Shown: positions 48,961 through 63,116, counted from the stretch's first letter. The stretch: 64,000 nt of DNA from Felis catus (GCF_018350175.1 NC_058368.1:224132001-224196000), one strand, 5' to 3'. Numbers and translations: made by a program. Notes: a model not told the origin generated them from the sequence alone.

Positions 48961-51809
48961 AGAAGCTTAAAGATTTGGTGCTTTGATTTATAAAATTACA
49001 AGTAGAAGACACAAATAAATCAAGAGATAATTGAGTTTCTGTAAAGTGCTTTACACATACGTTCACTGTACGTTATCTATTGTTATTGATGTTCCATTAG
49101 GGAACATGTTCCCATTTAGGGAAACATGATGCCTCTTTAGTATGTATGTATCTAAAAACCTCTTTTTAATAGATGCATGGTAGGAACAACTATGAAATTT
49201 AAGTTTTAAAAAGCAAATCATAAATCATGAGTTTTTCTTAAGGCAAGTAAACTCAATGCATGATAAGTACATGTAGTTTGATCATTCGCTTTTGAACAAA
49301 CAGGAAACAATGCTAAAAACATGTTGTTGGAGATTAAATTTCCTAAAATGTGATGTTGATTTTGGAGGACTAGGATTATAATTTTAACTATCAGAAAAGA
49401 TATATTGAAAATAACCACTTTTGTGGTAGTCAGATATGCATTTTTCTTTTTCATGATCCACCTGGTAGAAATGCAGAATTGCAAGATGGCTTTAATTATA
49501 AAGGCAACTGTACTTTTACCCTTGAAGAGCTGTTCCCTTAATATAGTATTCTCTTTGGCTCAAAACTAAAACTTTTTATAATAAGAGATTTCCATCTGTC
49601 CATTTGACTGTATCCTATCAATGGGGAAATGGGCAATTTGTGTTTCATGTGAGTATGATGATCTATCTTTAGTGCCCTGTTTTCTGCCCCGTGGAGATGA
49701 AGAAATGTTGTGGCTGAAGAATGATGGAGACTCTTTAAGCAGTGACCGACATTAACACTGGTTTCTCCTGTCTCCCCAACAATGCAGGAATAATAGAGTG
49801 GAATTGAATGGCCATACTTAACTCCAGGGTATAAGCTGTGGGATTGCTACACAAAGATCTGGGTCATTTATCTTCCTATGGTATTCTCTATCAATCTGTA
49901 GTATTTTACGATGAGGATTTTATTCCAGTCTTCAAAAAAAAATGTTTTAGAGATAAAATTGTATAAAATGTTTTGAGTCATTTACATATGGATAGAGGCT
50001 ATAAAACTTTACTTCCAAATACTTTTAAAAAGGACATAAGAATTCCCAGTAAGAGGGCAATTTAATACAAAGTCTACAAAATTAACTGAAGTTTTAAGTT
50101 CTCATTTAAACTGGTAAAATAATGTAGATAAAAACTATTTTGAGAATGCACGGTGTTCATTTATACTTTACTTCAGTTATGTCTTTTGTATTTTCCTCAT
50201 TCATTCATGAATCCATGTATTTATTCCAAAATGTTTTTAGTCCTTCATTTTAAAATGCCCATAATGGATGTTTTAAGAGCAATTAATTTTGTAGAAAAGT
50301 GAGCAGATTCAATGATCACATAAATGGATTATTTAATTCAATTAAAAAAAAAGGCCCATGGTAACCTGCTTTGCAGTCTATAAAAACTATATTTTTTGCA
50401 GTCTATAATACTGAAATAAGTTGGGATTTTGCAAAATTCCAAATTGTTTTTAGAGTGAAAATAAATTTGATGCATTTGTCTACCCCAATTTTTTTTCTAA
50501 ATATATTTAGGTTTTAAATCAGGTGGTTTCTCAAAAAAAATGTTAGCAACAAAAATGCTTTAAAAATTCAATACTCACAATTGTGAGAACAAAGAAAAAA
50601 CCTAAAGATATTAAATTATATGCCCCCAAAACTATATTCATATATGAAAATCCATGTTCGAACCTGTGTCAACTGGTCTCCGATTAAGTTACTCAGTGAA
50701 TGCTCATTATTATTAACATGCATTTTTAAAATTTTTCTCATAAACTTAAATTATTTCCTCTTATTTTAGATTATGGATATTCAAATTTTTGTTCATTTAA
50801 TAACATAAAATATGTGTGTTTAAGTTAGAGGTGGGTTTACATAAGCTTAATTGACCCTTATATTAAAAATCAATTACCAAATTATTTGAAGGAAAATTTA
50901 TTTTAAGAATTTATAAAAGCCTAAAGTACTTAAAATATTACAAAAGATCTGTAACTTGCCTTCATACATTCATTTCCCCCAAGAATCTTGCAAGCTATAA
51001 ACAATTTAGAAGCAGTGTTTATAGAAAGGTAATTTACCTCATAGGAATTAATATTAATGATTAGCATTTATTTCATCTAAAATTATGTCTAATTAAAAAA
51101 TTATCTGACTTACTAATGACATGTTAAATATTTTGCTTGATGTACATCAGTAGGTCTTTGAGGCTGCAGAGTAATACAAATAAACTTATTTTTGTAATAT
51201 TTTGTAAGGAGGGATGTTTCACAAGTTTTATTATCTTTGCTCCATTTTTGACATCAACATCTTAACTGTGATAATTAGACTATAAACATTAACCCCAGGT
51301 ATGTTTATATGATCATACTCTCAAGGGTCTCAAATGTGATTTATTTGGTCATATTATGAAAACTTTAAAAAGGAACTGTTAAGTGTACATCCTGCATAAT
51401 AGCTCTTGGAAAACCGTTGATGTAGACATATAGAATCTATGTAGATATACAGAACATATATTTTTATTTACATACATATTCACATTACATATAAACATAC
51501 ACATATGTACAAATACACATTACATATATACATATAGCAGAATATATATTTTTATACATTTATATGTGTGTTTATACACACACATGGGGGAAGAGACAGA
51601 GAGAGAGGTTCAGCGACTCTAATGTACTATAGGTTTTTGGTTATGCTTGGCTAAATATGGAACTGATGAGGACCTTAACAGAATTTGCTGCAAGCAAGAG
51701 TCGTCATAATCTACACCCCTGCTTTTTCCTATTTGAATTCTGAAGCATTCAAGATAAACATAGAAGTAGGCATAGTGAAATAAGAATGTGAGCTTTTATA
51801 GCTCATGGA

Positions 51810-52240
51810 TTTGTTAGCCTTGGTGCTTAGCAACAAGAACTTTTCCACTGCTTCCCAGCATGCAGCAGCCATACTAAGTCAGTCACATATGGAGCAGGAA
51901 CTTTATTGCTAAATTTACAACATGGCAGAAGGCAGATCAGGACTCAGGCTCACCTCAGGCTGAGCCATCTTAAAGAGAAAAATGAAAAGGGAGAGGGGGA
52001 ATGGAAGGACATGAGCTACCCTAATCCATTTCCGTCTTCCAATGTCACCAGTCATGTGAGTCATCCACACCTCCCCTTTAAGGTAAAAGTGAACAGGGGA
52101 CAGGAGTAATATGCTAATACATATGTTGATGTTTTTCTATATGGAGTGGGATGCATTCTTGTCAATCTAAATCCAAAGGAAACGCAAGGCAGGATGACTC
52201 TCAAAGAAAACTAGACATGTGGAGGTTCCAGAATTTTCAA
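51810..52240 (-). mobile_element. Possible old ERVL-class LTR relic
   Basis: GC-richer island beginning tgttag, antisense AATAAA (ctttattg) at about 51901; family not assigned. Confidence 0.35.
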
Positions 52241-52793
52241 TTATTATTTTGTGAATAAATTCCTTCAGACACAGGGACTATGAACTAATTAAAAATTATT
52301 AAGGAAAAGGATATGAAAAACATGAGTATCGAGCAAGGAAACTGCTCCCATATGACACATTCCCATGTGAATCTATTATGATAATTGTAAGAATATTTTT
52401 ATAGATTATGTCTTCCAGATGTTTAGCATCTGAAGCTCCTCTTATGGGCCTCAATTTTGAGATATGACCTCAAGTCATTTTATTTACATTTTCTTCCTCA
52501 TGGGACACAACTATTTTTTCTTTTGAAAGGAGGAAAACTGATACAATGGCAAGAATAAATTCTCAGTGTTACTAACTAGCAGTAACCAATGAATATTGAC
52601 TTGAATACTTTGATATAGATAATAATAATTTAATATGCAAACTAATTATATTAAAGTTAATGTCTTTATGCCCTCATAAATTAACATTCTAAATTTTCTT
52701 CTAAGAATCTATTTTATTTCATATATTCTCCAACTTCCGATTTTCCTTAACTTTTCAGAAGACATTAATTCATCACATTAATAAAGAGAAGCA

Positions 52794-53012
52794 GGGGCAT
52801 CTGGGTGGCTCAGTCAGTTGAGCGTCCGACTCTGGCTCAGGTCACGGTCTTGCAGTTCTTGAGTTCGGGCCCTGCCTCGGGCTCTGTGCTAACAAATAGC
52901 TCAGAGCCTGGAGCCTCCTTCACATTCTGTGTGTGTGTCTCTCTCTCCCACTCCCCTGCTCATGCTCTGCCTCTCTCTGTCTCTCAAAAATAAATAAATG
53001 TTATTTTTTTTA
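52794..53012 (+). mobile_element. CanSINE
   Basis: TSD aataaagagaagca at 52780-52793 and 53013-53026. Confidence 0.96.
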
Positions 53013-54679
53013 AATAAAGAGAAGCAAAATATGTTTTAGCTAATCAAATTAAACATACGTTGGATGAGTAGAGTTTTGTTGAACATCTTTTGATAATGGA
53101 ACTCATGTTTAGGCATAAATGTTCTTATGTAATGTCTTCTGGATAGGGATTTTTTTTAAACAAAATGGAATATTTGGGGTAAATCATCCCAAGGATACCA
53201 ATTATCAAAAAGTACACAAGTATGAAATAGTTTTGGTGAGTCACATAATCTGATAACTGTTTTAGGAGGCTTGTGAAAGCAGTTATCAGGATGAGAGGCA
53301 TTTTGACTGCTGAAGAGACTACAGAAACATTAAAGTACATATCCCACCATCAAAGATTTATGAGTAAGAGATTTACATTCATTTTGTTTTAATTAGAGCA
53401 AACAATTTGCCTGTGGGGTATCTACACTTAGAATGAGTTTGACATCACAGCACAGTTTATATTCTCTAAGGAAAAATTAAAGAACACAAAAGGATTTTTT
53501 TGTTTTTCTGAGGCTCTGAATCACAAACAAAACAGCCCAATTTACTTTGGATTCTCAGTGGTATATTCATGTTTTCAGGGCCTCCCATACCTCACCATTT
53601 CTGCATTCTAAGAAGAAAAGATTAGGGTTCAAAAGTTCACATTTGTACTACTTTTGCAATTTTTCTTTACATCTGTAGGTCTGAAACTCATTGAAAAGAA
53701 AAATTTACTAAAAAACAAGTTTACAGTTGTTGCCTGCTGAAATGAACTGCTAAAGGGAACGCACTAAGATGTGGAGCATAATTGCACAAAGTAAAGACTC
53801 ATCAAACACATCAGATCTTTGCTAAATTTACTTATTAACTGGCTGTCCTGGACAGTGATTTTTGTTTTCAGTTCTTTAAAAACCACAACAGCTTTTGGAT
53901 ATAAGAACATTTACTCCTTCCTATATAAACCAAAAGGAAATTATATACATTATATATTTTTGTGTATAAATATATATAATGTATTTTGTCCATGAATATC
54001 GTAAATGAACCTATTTATATTTTTCATATAGTCAATATTGAATTATTTTAGGATAAATAAATCTTTTCTTGAGTTTTTAATCTCAGCCATTATTTATAAG
54101 AATGATAAAAGTTGGATGACAGTAATTTCAAAATGAAAGAATTACAGAATAAGATGCATTATAACTTTTGCTCAAACATTGAAAAAAAAATACCATTGAT
54201 TACAATCAAAACCATTACCTGTCACTGGCATGTTCTTCTCCAAGGTCATTACCAGATACAAAATGTAGGCATAAGGAACCTAAATGTATCCTCTTTTGTG
54301 CCATTGACATGTTCCCTAATTTCACTTAAACAGTTTTTATGGTGAAATTATGTTAGTGTCCCACCAGAGGTAGGATGTCCACTAACATATTTTCCCATGT
54401 TTTTGTTTTGGGGTTTTTTTTGCTTTGTTTTTACTCTTAAACTTACTCTTAAAAACTTTGTGTTTACTCTCAAACTCTTATCTGGTTTTACCTAAGTCTT
54501 CTCTAGAGGCCAAGTTAGAGCATACGGCTTACAGCAGTGTTCACCTAAAGTAATTTATCAGAAGATTTATCAGAAAATATCCAAAAATAAATAGTTATAT
54601 TTACATCTATATGTTTATATATGAGAGAGAGAGTAAAGAATGGACTTGAAAAAAATAAACTTTCACTTAAGAACATGGC

Positions 54680-54880
54680 AAGGTCTGCAACCTTGCCATT
54701 TTTAAATATGTAACCTTGGGCATTCCAGTTATGAAGCTTAGTTTCCTGGTTGACTTATCTGCAAAATGAAGATGACAATAGTAACTGTCTCATAAATTAT
54801 TTTTCTGAAGATGTAAAACACTGGAAACATTGCCTGCCATGAGTAAATATGATGTGCATTAGTTTTCATCTATTATTATT
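54680..54880 (+). mobile_element. MIR relic
   Basis: tgtaaccttgggca...agtttcct...atctgcaaaatgaagatgacaatagta...tgcctgccatgagtaa. Confidence 0.8.
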
Positions 54881-55089
54881 TATTCTCATTTTTCTTGCTT
54901 TAAATTATTTAATGGTGTCTCATTTTCTTTGTAACGTTATAAAGGTATACATTCGGATATGATCCACAACATATGTTGATGCAAATATCTATACATTCAA
55001 CCTCTCATTTTATCACTTGGGTGTCTCCATTGTTTTCTGTACTTGAGAGCTTAAGTTAGGTCACATCTTATTTTATTTGGCTATGGAAC

Positions 55090-55370
55090 AGTCTCCTGCC
55101 TTATTTCCTAGACACTATCATTTATTCACTCTCATCTCACCTTCATGATAGTGCCTGCATATTTTGCAAAAGAATAAATTTAACTCGGCAACTTTCTTGT
55201 TCAAAACAATTCATTGAATTATCAGGTTAAATTTAAAATTTAGTAATGACATACAGGTTTTCAGACTCTTATCTAATGAATGTTCTTAGATATATCCCCT
55301 AGAGCAATGCTGGATTTTTCACCAGAGTGTATTATACCCCTCAGTCTTTGTTTCTACAGCTCTGTAAATA
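55090..55370 (+). mobile_element. L2 relic (appears to continue at 56321-56425)
   Basis: Degenerate L2 3' text (ttgttcaaaacaattcattg, atgacatacaggtt, ccctcagtctttg). Confidence 0.5.
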
Positions 55371-55376
55371 TTTCTT

Positions 55377-55422
55377 AATTTTTTTAATGTTTATGTATTT
55401 TTGAGATGGAGAGAGAATGTGA
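55377..55422 (-). mobile_element. CanSINE tail fragment
   Basis: tttttaatgtttatgtatttttgagatggagagaga. Confidence 0.8.
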
Positions 55423-56309
55423 CAGTTAATTGAGAAGATCAAGAAAATAAACTTCTGACCATATTGTTAAGAAAATAGACTTGTGTCACCAATGTGGAGA
55501 CTTACAGAAATATCCTTGCCACATATTATTCTGAAAGTCAAATGATAATATGGAAATATAAACAATTTTATATCAATAAATTTTAAATTAGAAAATGAAA
55601 AAAAATACCTTGAAATACATAACCTATCAAATCCCAGGAAAAAATAAAGGGTATAACATGAATAGTCCTATAATTATTAAAAACATAGAATTTTTAAATT
55701 AAAAATGTCCTACGAGAAATTATAGGCCCATAGAATGAAATCTACTAAACCCTTAAGAAAGAAATATTACCAGTTTAAAAAAAAAATCTTTCAAAAAATT
55801 TAAGTGGCATTGCTTCCCAACTCAGTATAGGAGGTTACCATTCTTCTGATACTAAAACCAGAGAAAGATGCCTCAAGGAATAAAAAAAAATATCCCTTAT
55901 TAATAAAACACACAAAAAAATCTAAACAAATCTTTAGCAAATAGAATTGAATCGCATGAAAAGAATAACATCATAATCAAATGGGGTTTATCCCAGGAAT
56001 ACAAGATTGGAAGATCAATGTAATTCACCAGATTAAAACACTAAAGGAAAAATCACATAATCATCTCTCAAGAAAATAATTGACAAAATTAAATTTTCTG
56101 ATTCTTCAAAATCTCAGTGAATGAGAAATAGATAGTCTTCAATATACTTAAAGTCTTTGAAAAATCAATAGCCAACATCATGGTTAATGGGGAAAAACTG
56201 AATTATTTCCATCTAGGATGAAAAATAAGACAAGGACATCTGTTCTCATTACTTCTGTCGAGTATTGTATTAGAAGTTCTAGCCAGCACAATCAGCCAAG
56301 AAAAAAAAA
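55423..56309 (+). mobile_element. Old L1 internal ORF2 fragment
   Basis: atggggtttatcccaggaatacaagattgg, caatagccaacatcat...aatggggaaaaactg, gaagttctagccagcacaatcagccaag. Confidence 0.9.
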
Positions 56310-56439
56310 TAAATTATTTCCCTAGGAAACATTCACATCTCTCACCTGCCCTTCTATTTGAATGTTGAACTTGATCATTTATTCAGTTCTCTTTCATACA
56401 ACCATGTTCCTGGGAATGACTTGAACTCACTTTCATTTC

Positions 56440-57130
56440 CAGAGAAGGACTTTTATCTGAAGTAATCCCATGATTCTTTCCTTATTCTTGATTGGTTTAT
56501 AAGTAGATGTGTAACCCACCTTTGGTAAATAGGACACCAGTGTGACACTAGCCCAGAAGTTGCTAGAAGGAAAAGGAGACTGTCTTTCTTTAGAAAATCT
56601 ACAGTAAGGGAAACTCTTTTCTTGTTGTGTCTGAACACCTGAAGGAGCCAGAGTCACCCTCTAACAGCTTGAGGACAGAGCCACCACTGACACAGAGATT
56701 TACCTTGCAATTTTCAGTTGGCATATCATCCAATTCTGAAGTTTTCTCTTCCTAGGTTACCTATTCTCTCCAATAATATACGTTTTTATATTATAAAGCC
56801 AGTTTGAATGTATGCAATGACTTCTTGCTACTCAATAGTATTCTCATACAGATTTTGGCACCAGAAAATGGGGAATGGTAAGAGATGTTGAAATGTGAAA
56901 TTCAGAAAGTGGAGACTTAGGCCATGGAAAGTTAAGATGCTATGTTTTCTGTCCAATAACTTGGTGGCACTTGTTTTGCACATACTAGAGTTGGTCCCTA
57001 GACACAGAGCAATGGGTGGGTCACTACAGTTGCACAGCTCGTCTTTCATATGGCCACAGAAGATAATGACAGTGAAGGAAGACCTTTCCCAGAAGGCTGA
57101 ACCAATGAGCATGTTGGACAATTTGATACA
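56440..57130 (+). mobile_element. Old MaLR LTR (MLT1J-like, to about 56850) plus start of internal sequence
   Basis: LTR end taaagccagtttgaat...ataca followed by MaLR-internal start gattttggcaccagaaaatgggg. Confidence 0.7.
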
Positions 57131-57509
57131 CCATGTGTTTTGCCCCATTTGTCATTCTAATATGTGTTTATTGTAATTATTCTCTCTTTATAACTTAAAA
57201 TATTGTTGGTAGATAAGTGTTTCTAACATGGTCTATCATGTCTTTTGCCCTCTCAACATCTTATTTAGATGATGCCTAGAAATTTAGGTTTCTGTCAATT
57301 CCCAGGGTTCTAGCAACATATGAATAAATTCAATACTGATATTAATAGAACAGAGGAAAAATTAAACTGGGTCCAAAGATATAGCTACCCCAAAGGATCA
57401 ATTGCTCATAATTCCTGCCCCACCATAAAACTGCTTATGAAAAAACTCACATAATCATATTTATATTAGATATTGTCTGCAAATTTTCCTGACAATGTTT
57501 GATAAACAC

Positions 57510-57990
57510 ACATACTAATGGTGATAAAACAAATCACTCTAAACTTTTCTGAAGGCATTTGGCAAAATGTAATAAAAGTCTAAGAATGTCACTCAATAAA
57601 TTTTTACTCTAGAAATCTTTCCTGAGGAAATCATTTCAACTAAAAACAAGTATTTCTGCCAAAATATTCATCACATAATTACTTGTAATAGTGCAAACTT
57701 ACAAAAATCATAATCATTTATAATAGACTGTTGCTGAAAAGACAGATCCATAAAAATAATGTTTTCTAACTTAAAAAATGTGTTTGAAGTTAATTTATTT
57801 AGCTTGGGGATATACTTAGAGTGTAGAGTTTAGTAAGAAACGTAAGACAAGTAGTTTACACAGATTTATCTGTTATTCTTAATATATAGAAAGATGTGTA
57901 TAATGCTGATAATTGTTTTTGGATAATGGAATTATAGATTTTTTCAATTTTTTTCCAAATTCTATACTCCTTTTTCACAATGAGAAAATT
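57510..57990 (+). mobile_element. Ancient L1ME 3' relic
   Basis: ttttctgaaggcatttggcaa...actctagaaatctttcctgaggaaat...atattcatcac. Confidence 0.65.
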
Positions 57991-59002
57991 TTTCATTATG
58001 GAAATACAATACACATAGTATTATTATAATGAACTTGACTAGGAGTCATAGACAACAAAATTATGGAAATCAGATTTCTCACCATTGTATGTTGAATTAT
58101 GTTAAGCACGGCGTCTTAAGATTCATAAGGTAAAAAAATAATGCATTAAAATGTTTTACTTCTATCCCTCACCTCTAATATTTGAATTCTCATTTTATAT
58201 GAAATATAATTTTACCTGTTGCATGTTGTGAGATATTAGTTATTCTAATGGATCCCAAGTGAATTTCTGGTTGTGACGAAAAATTGATTGTTATTCATTT
58301 GACATATTATCAGAAGGATATGAAAGGTTAAAAGTGAGAAAATGTCTGTGTTTTTTAATATTAGTTATCTTTAGATCTTCAAATAACAGAAAATGCAAAA
58401 TGCGGCTAGTGTATTTATGAATAAATTACATTCACAGGCACTTTAACAGACAACATGAAACTTAGGCTATTCAAAATCCCAAGCAGAGTTTGTTTGATTA
58501 TATTTAAAATTTTATTTTAACTTATAAATTGTATAACCTAGTCTTCAGTTACTATATGGGTCACTCTCCTCAGGCACCCGCCTCACTAACCAAGGTTGGC
58601 ATCAATTTTTTCACCCAGCCAAGATTTTAGTTTCAAAAGTTGTTTTGATAAACACTTTCCACAACTCCATTGAATTAAATCACATTAGGGAAACATGGTC
58701 CGAGTTAGATTTGGCTTGTCTACGTAGCACTTAAAACCAATCCAAAGGGAATCCGAAGCCCCTGCATATGGCTCAAGTACAGTCAAGAACCAAGGCTGCA
58801 TGTAAATGAGAACGCATAGGTAGCTGGGCCATCTGTCTGCAAAGTCCTTCCTGATTTGCTTGTCGAGAATGTTACAGGTTTAGTTAAAGCAGGCAGTCAC
58901 CAGGGGGAAAACCGAAGACAGCTGCCTTCTCTCTGTAACAGAACAAGGCAACACTCACTAATAGGAGTTGGGACCTGTCTAACCTAATCACAGAAATCTC
59001 AA

Positions 59003-59155
59003 ATGGTTTCTCAGCAGTCTATCCATCTATCACTGACATGGCTGAATCCTTAAAAATTTTGTGTATGCATGAGTCATAACTATTCCTTTTACTCTATTCA
59101 AATGAGAGTTTTTGCCTTTTATAGATCACAGACAACTTCCACAATAAATAATTAA

Positions 59156-59194
<39 letters not shown>

Positions 59195-59200
59195 AAAAAA
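59003..59200 (+). other. Orphan retroposed insert with (AAAT)n / poly(A) tail
   Basis: TSD agaaatctcaa at 58992-59002 and 59201-59211; about 140 nt unique sequence then A-rich tail. Confidence 0.65.
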
Positions 59201-59604
59201 AGAAATCTCAAGTGCGTTTGGCTTTGGATTACAACAGTAAAATATTACACAGCACATGTGGTATATTTTTTTTAATATAAATATATTAGGGATGTCCTAT
59301 TTCTATGAGAGATTGAAGTCACTTTAAATTTAGTGTAAATAATTAGACTATATATCATGATAAGGTAAATCAGTTTACATCCCGAGATGGTTGAAGAAGT
59401 GAATCCATCGCCTCAGCCATAGAGACAGGTTATATATGTTATTAATTATGTTAAAAGACTTCCATCATGTTAATATAAAAAGTCATGCTACCTTTATTTC
59501 TTACTCAGGCTATTGAGTATGCTGCCTGTGTGTGAGCTAATTGAGAGCTGTTTCTCTCACTGTTAAGCAAGACTTCTGTTAAATGGCAAGCACCCACTCT
59601 TTTC

Positions 59605-59814
59605 TTTTCTTTTTTTTTTTTTACTTTTATTTATTTTTGAGACAGAGAGAGACAGAGCATGAACAGGGGAGGGTCAGAGAGAGGAGACACAGAATCTGAA
59701 ACAGGCTCCAGGCTGTCAGCACAGAGCCCGACGCAGGGCTCGAACTCACAGGCCGTGAGATCATGACCTGAGCCGAAGTCGGCTGCTTAACCGACTGAGC
59801 CACCAAGGCGCCCC
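59605..59814 (-). mobile_element. CanSINE
   Basis: ccactcttttc duplicated on both sides. Confidence 0.96.
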
Positions 59815-59959
59815 ACCTCCACTCTTTTCAATAATCTTTTCATTGGTTATGTCACTTATAAAAGTATAGGTACTTAAATTGGTTCTCTTAATACCAGTTG
59901 TCAACCCAAATAAAAGCATTCCACAAATAAAAAGGGCCATCAGCTAATATTGTCTTTAA

Positions 59960-60090
59960 GGAAAATTACTTAACATAATATCTCGTCTGTAACATGGGGG
60001 AAACAGTACCAATATAGCAGTGTCATTAGTATTAAATAAATGACAGTAAAGTTTCTGGCATATAGGAAGTTGTTGGTAAATGGCATATTC
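59960..60090 (+). mobile_element. MIR relic
   Basis: ttacttaac...ctcgtctgtaacatgggg...attaaataaatga...ctggcatatagga. Confidence 0.7.
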
Positions 60091-60425
60091 ATAAATAAAT
60101 TTTCATATTCATAAAATAATTCACAAATTCATAAAATAAATTTTTGAGTTCTATGCTATATGTACAGTTACATTCTGAGTGGTTAATATTACTAACAAAT
60201 AAACATATCTATATATATGAACTGTTTTCCTAGTATATCAATCAGTTTGCTGAAAGGAAGTCCAAAATATGCCATAGGTAGAATAACGTATTATCATGGA
60301 TTGTTCAGAGGGCAATGTGTCTAGTACATAAAATGTAGTTGATTCATGTGATCTATGTTAATCCCTGTTAAATTCTATTTTAAGCATAGTAATTTTAAAA
60401 ATATTATCAAAAACAACTTTATTCT

Positions 60426-60641
60426 GGGGCGCCTGGGTGGCTCAGTCGGTTGAGCTTCCGACTTCGGCTCAGGTCATAATCTCGCGGTCTGTGAGTTCGA
60501 GCCCCACATTGGGCTCTGTGCTGACAGCTCAGAGCCTGGAGCCTGTTTCTGATTCTGTGTGTCCCTCTCTCGACCCTTCCCCATTCATGTTCTGTCTCTC
60601 TCTGTCTCAAAAGTACATAGATGTTAAAAAAATTAAAAAAA
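60426..60641 (+). mobile_element. CanSINE
   Basis: ggggcgcctgggtggctcagtcggttgag head; aactttatt duplicated. Confidence 0.96.
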
Positions 60642-60860
60642 AAAACTTTATTGAAATATGCTTCTGTGTATATGTTTAAATGAAGTACCAATTTATACTT
60701 AACTTGAAAATATATGTATTTTACTCAGAGATAAAATACTGGGTTTCCCTCATAGCGTGATGTGAAGGATTCCAGAAAATCTACCCCAAATCAACTCCTA
60801 TCTGTATTATTATTAGAAAAACTCCTATCTTGATTAGTTTGTACACCCATTATACTGTCT

Positions 60861-61043
60861 TTTTTTTAAGTTTATTTAAGTGAGACAGAGAGAGCGTGAG
60901 CAGGGGAGGGGCAAAGGGAGAGGCAGAGAAAGATTCTCAAGCAGACTCTGGACTAACAGTGCTCAATCTCACCACCGTGAGAACATGACCCAAACTGAAA
61001 CCAAGAGGCTGATGCTTAACTGAGTGAGCCACTGAGGCACTCC
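60861..61043 (-). mobile_element. Older CanSINE with internal deletion
   Basis: tactgtcttttt duplicated on both sides. Confidence 0.9.
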
Positions 61044-61189
61044 TATTTTACTGTCTTTTTAAAAGAATAAACAACTCTCCTCTGTTAAGTTATTTAGCTG
61101 TCCCAGTTTACTCCCTACTTAGTATTTATTTACTGCTTTATTGGTTCCCAGTAAGTTTCTGATTTTGTTCTTTTGTCCACCTTCCAACA

Positions 61190-61650
61190 CAGAAGGCGAT
61201 CCGCTATCAGGCTCCAGGAACATATACTGACTGGTCTATGACCATCATGGCACTCTCATATCTATTCTCATTTGTAGAATTTGGGGGGGTGGGAAGCATG
61301 ACTGATTCTGATTAATGAGACACAGGTTTCTGTATGCTTTTTCTGAGAAATGTGTCCTTTATCTTATCCTCTGAAACAAATCCAAGAATAAAGAACCCTT
61401 CTTCTTTACGTAGATATTGTTTACCCTGAATATAAAATCTGGAAAGACTTTAAGAAATGTATTTTGCTCTAGGTTGAAGCTACAATATAAAAAAACAACA
61501 GAAACAAGCAAGAGGTTGAACCTGAGGATATTTGGAGCTTACCTGATATCTGGGGATCCTATTACTTGAAATAATATAGATCCTTATATTATAAGCAACT
61601 TTGAGCACAGTCTTCTTTTATTTACTGCCAAGATCATCCCAACTGCTAAT
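61190..61650 (+). mobile_element. Old MaLR LTR (MLT1J/K-like)
   Basis: gactggtctatgaccatcatgg...gcatgactgattctgattaatgagaca...taagcaactttgag...catcccaactg. Confidence 0.6.
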
Positions 61651-62659
61651 TGTCACCCAAGAGAAAATCAGGTTTATCATTTCCTTTCAAGAATAGGACA
61701 GTATTGGCATTGAGGAAATTGGAAACTGAGAAGTGGTAGATTAAAAAGGATATATGGCAGCAGCAAAGAAATATCAAACCACATCCTTCACAATTTCCTG
61801 TAACACATGCCTAGGAACCGACACTGAATTTCAAACAGGTTGTTCTCAGAGCTAACATCAAAGCACAGGTATTCCTCTGAACCTTTATCTTAATAGGATT
61901 TATAAAGTTAAATCAAAATTTAAAATTTTTCTAACACTAATCTAATAATCTCATTTGCATAGGTCTAAATTTGCATGTGTTAGAATTTAAATGTAGATTT
62001 TAAACTTTTACATCTTCTTAAAGACTATCACAGTGTCTTAGGGAACATATTGCAGAACAAAATTGCTTATATAAAGTCCTTAAAATCAAATTATCTACCC
62101 TGCTAATGATCAGATTTCTACCCTAAATGTTGGAAGCATTCAGCCCCTGATTTTACATTTATATATATTTCTTTCATTCCTACAATATCAGGTTTCATAT
62201 CTGCAATTTCCAGGGGAAAAAATATGATTAAAATTAGGTTAGAAACAAAAGTAGAACTCTGTGAAATCATTCTATTTTAAGATTTCAGAGGGTCTATATT
62301 AATGTCACTTTTTCACTTAAATTTACAGATTTCCTAAGAACCTTGTAGCAAGCACTGTAGATTGGTTACCCCAAACTGACTCATAACCCCTTCCTCTACT
62401 GAAAAGATGGTAACCCTTCCTGGACTCCATGGAGCTTCTTGTGCAATTGCATTAATGCCTAACAATAAAGTATTTAAGGAGTTTATGTTTGGATCTTCTT
62501 GAGTATTAAAGACCTAGGGTTTTGACATTTGCCCTTCTCTTTTTTTCTCTCCCTTCTATCTGCTTGGAACATAGACTAAGAGCCTTTGCTAAGGACTAAA
62601 GATTTTAAAATTGATTTTTTCCAGCTGCTATAATGTATACTTGATACTTCAAATTAATT

Positions 62660-62871
62660 TTTTTTTTACATTTTATTATTTTTAAGAGAGAGAGAGAGAG
62701 AAAGTGCAAGTGGGGGAGGGGCAGAGAGTGAAGGAGACACAGAATCCGAAGCAGGCTCCAGGCTCTGAGCTGTCAGCACAGAGCCCAACACAGGGCTGGA
62801 ACCTATGAGCCATGAGATCATGACCTGAGCCGAAGCCATATGCTCAACCGACTGAGACACCCAAGCACCCC
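62660..62871 (-). mobile_element. CanSINE
   Basis: atacttcaaatt duplicated on both sides. Confidence 0.95.
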
Positions 62872-62896
62872 TATACTTCAAATTTAATGTGTATGG

Positions 62897-63116
62897 TTTT
62901 TTTTTTAATTTTTTTAATGTTTATTTATTTTTGAGACAGAGAGAGACAGAGCATGAACAGGGGAGGGGCAGAGAGAGGGAGACACAGAATCTGAAACAGG
63001 CTCCAGGCTCTGAGCTGTCAGCACAGAGCCCAACGCAGGGCTCGAACTCACGGACCGTGAGATCATGACCTGAGCCGAAGTCGGAAGCTCAACTGACTGA
63101 GCCACCCAGGCGCCCC
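62897..63116 (-). mobile_element. CanSINE
   Basis: Antisense SINE ending gccacccaggcgcccc; gttttttttaatt-like duplication. Confidence 0.96.

Noticed and set aside
49100..49113. Palindrome gggaacatgttccc containing a p53 half-site
   Set aside because: Only one good half-site, and explained by a short local tandem duplication
58897..58910. CTCF-like tcaccagggggaaa
   Set aside because: Mismatches at key core positions
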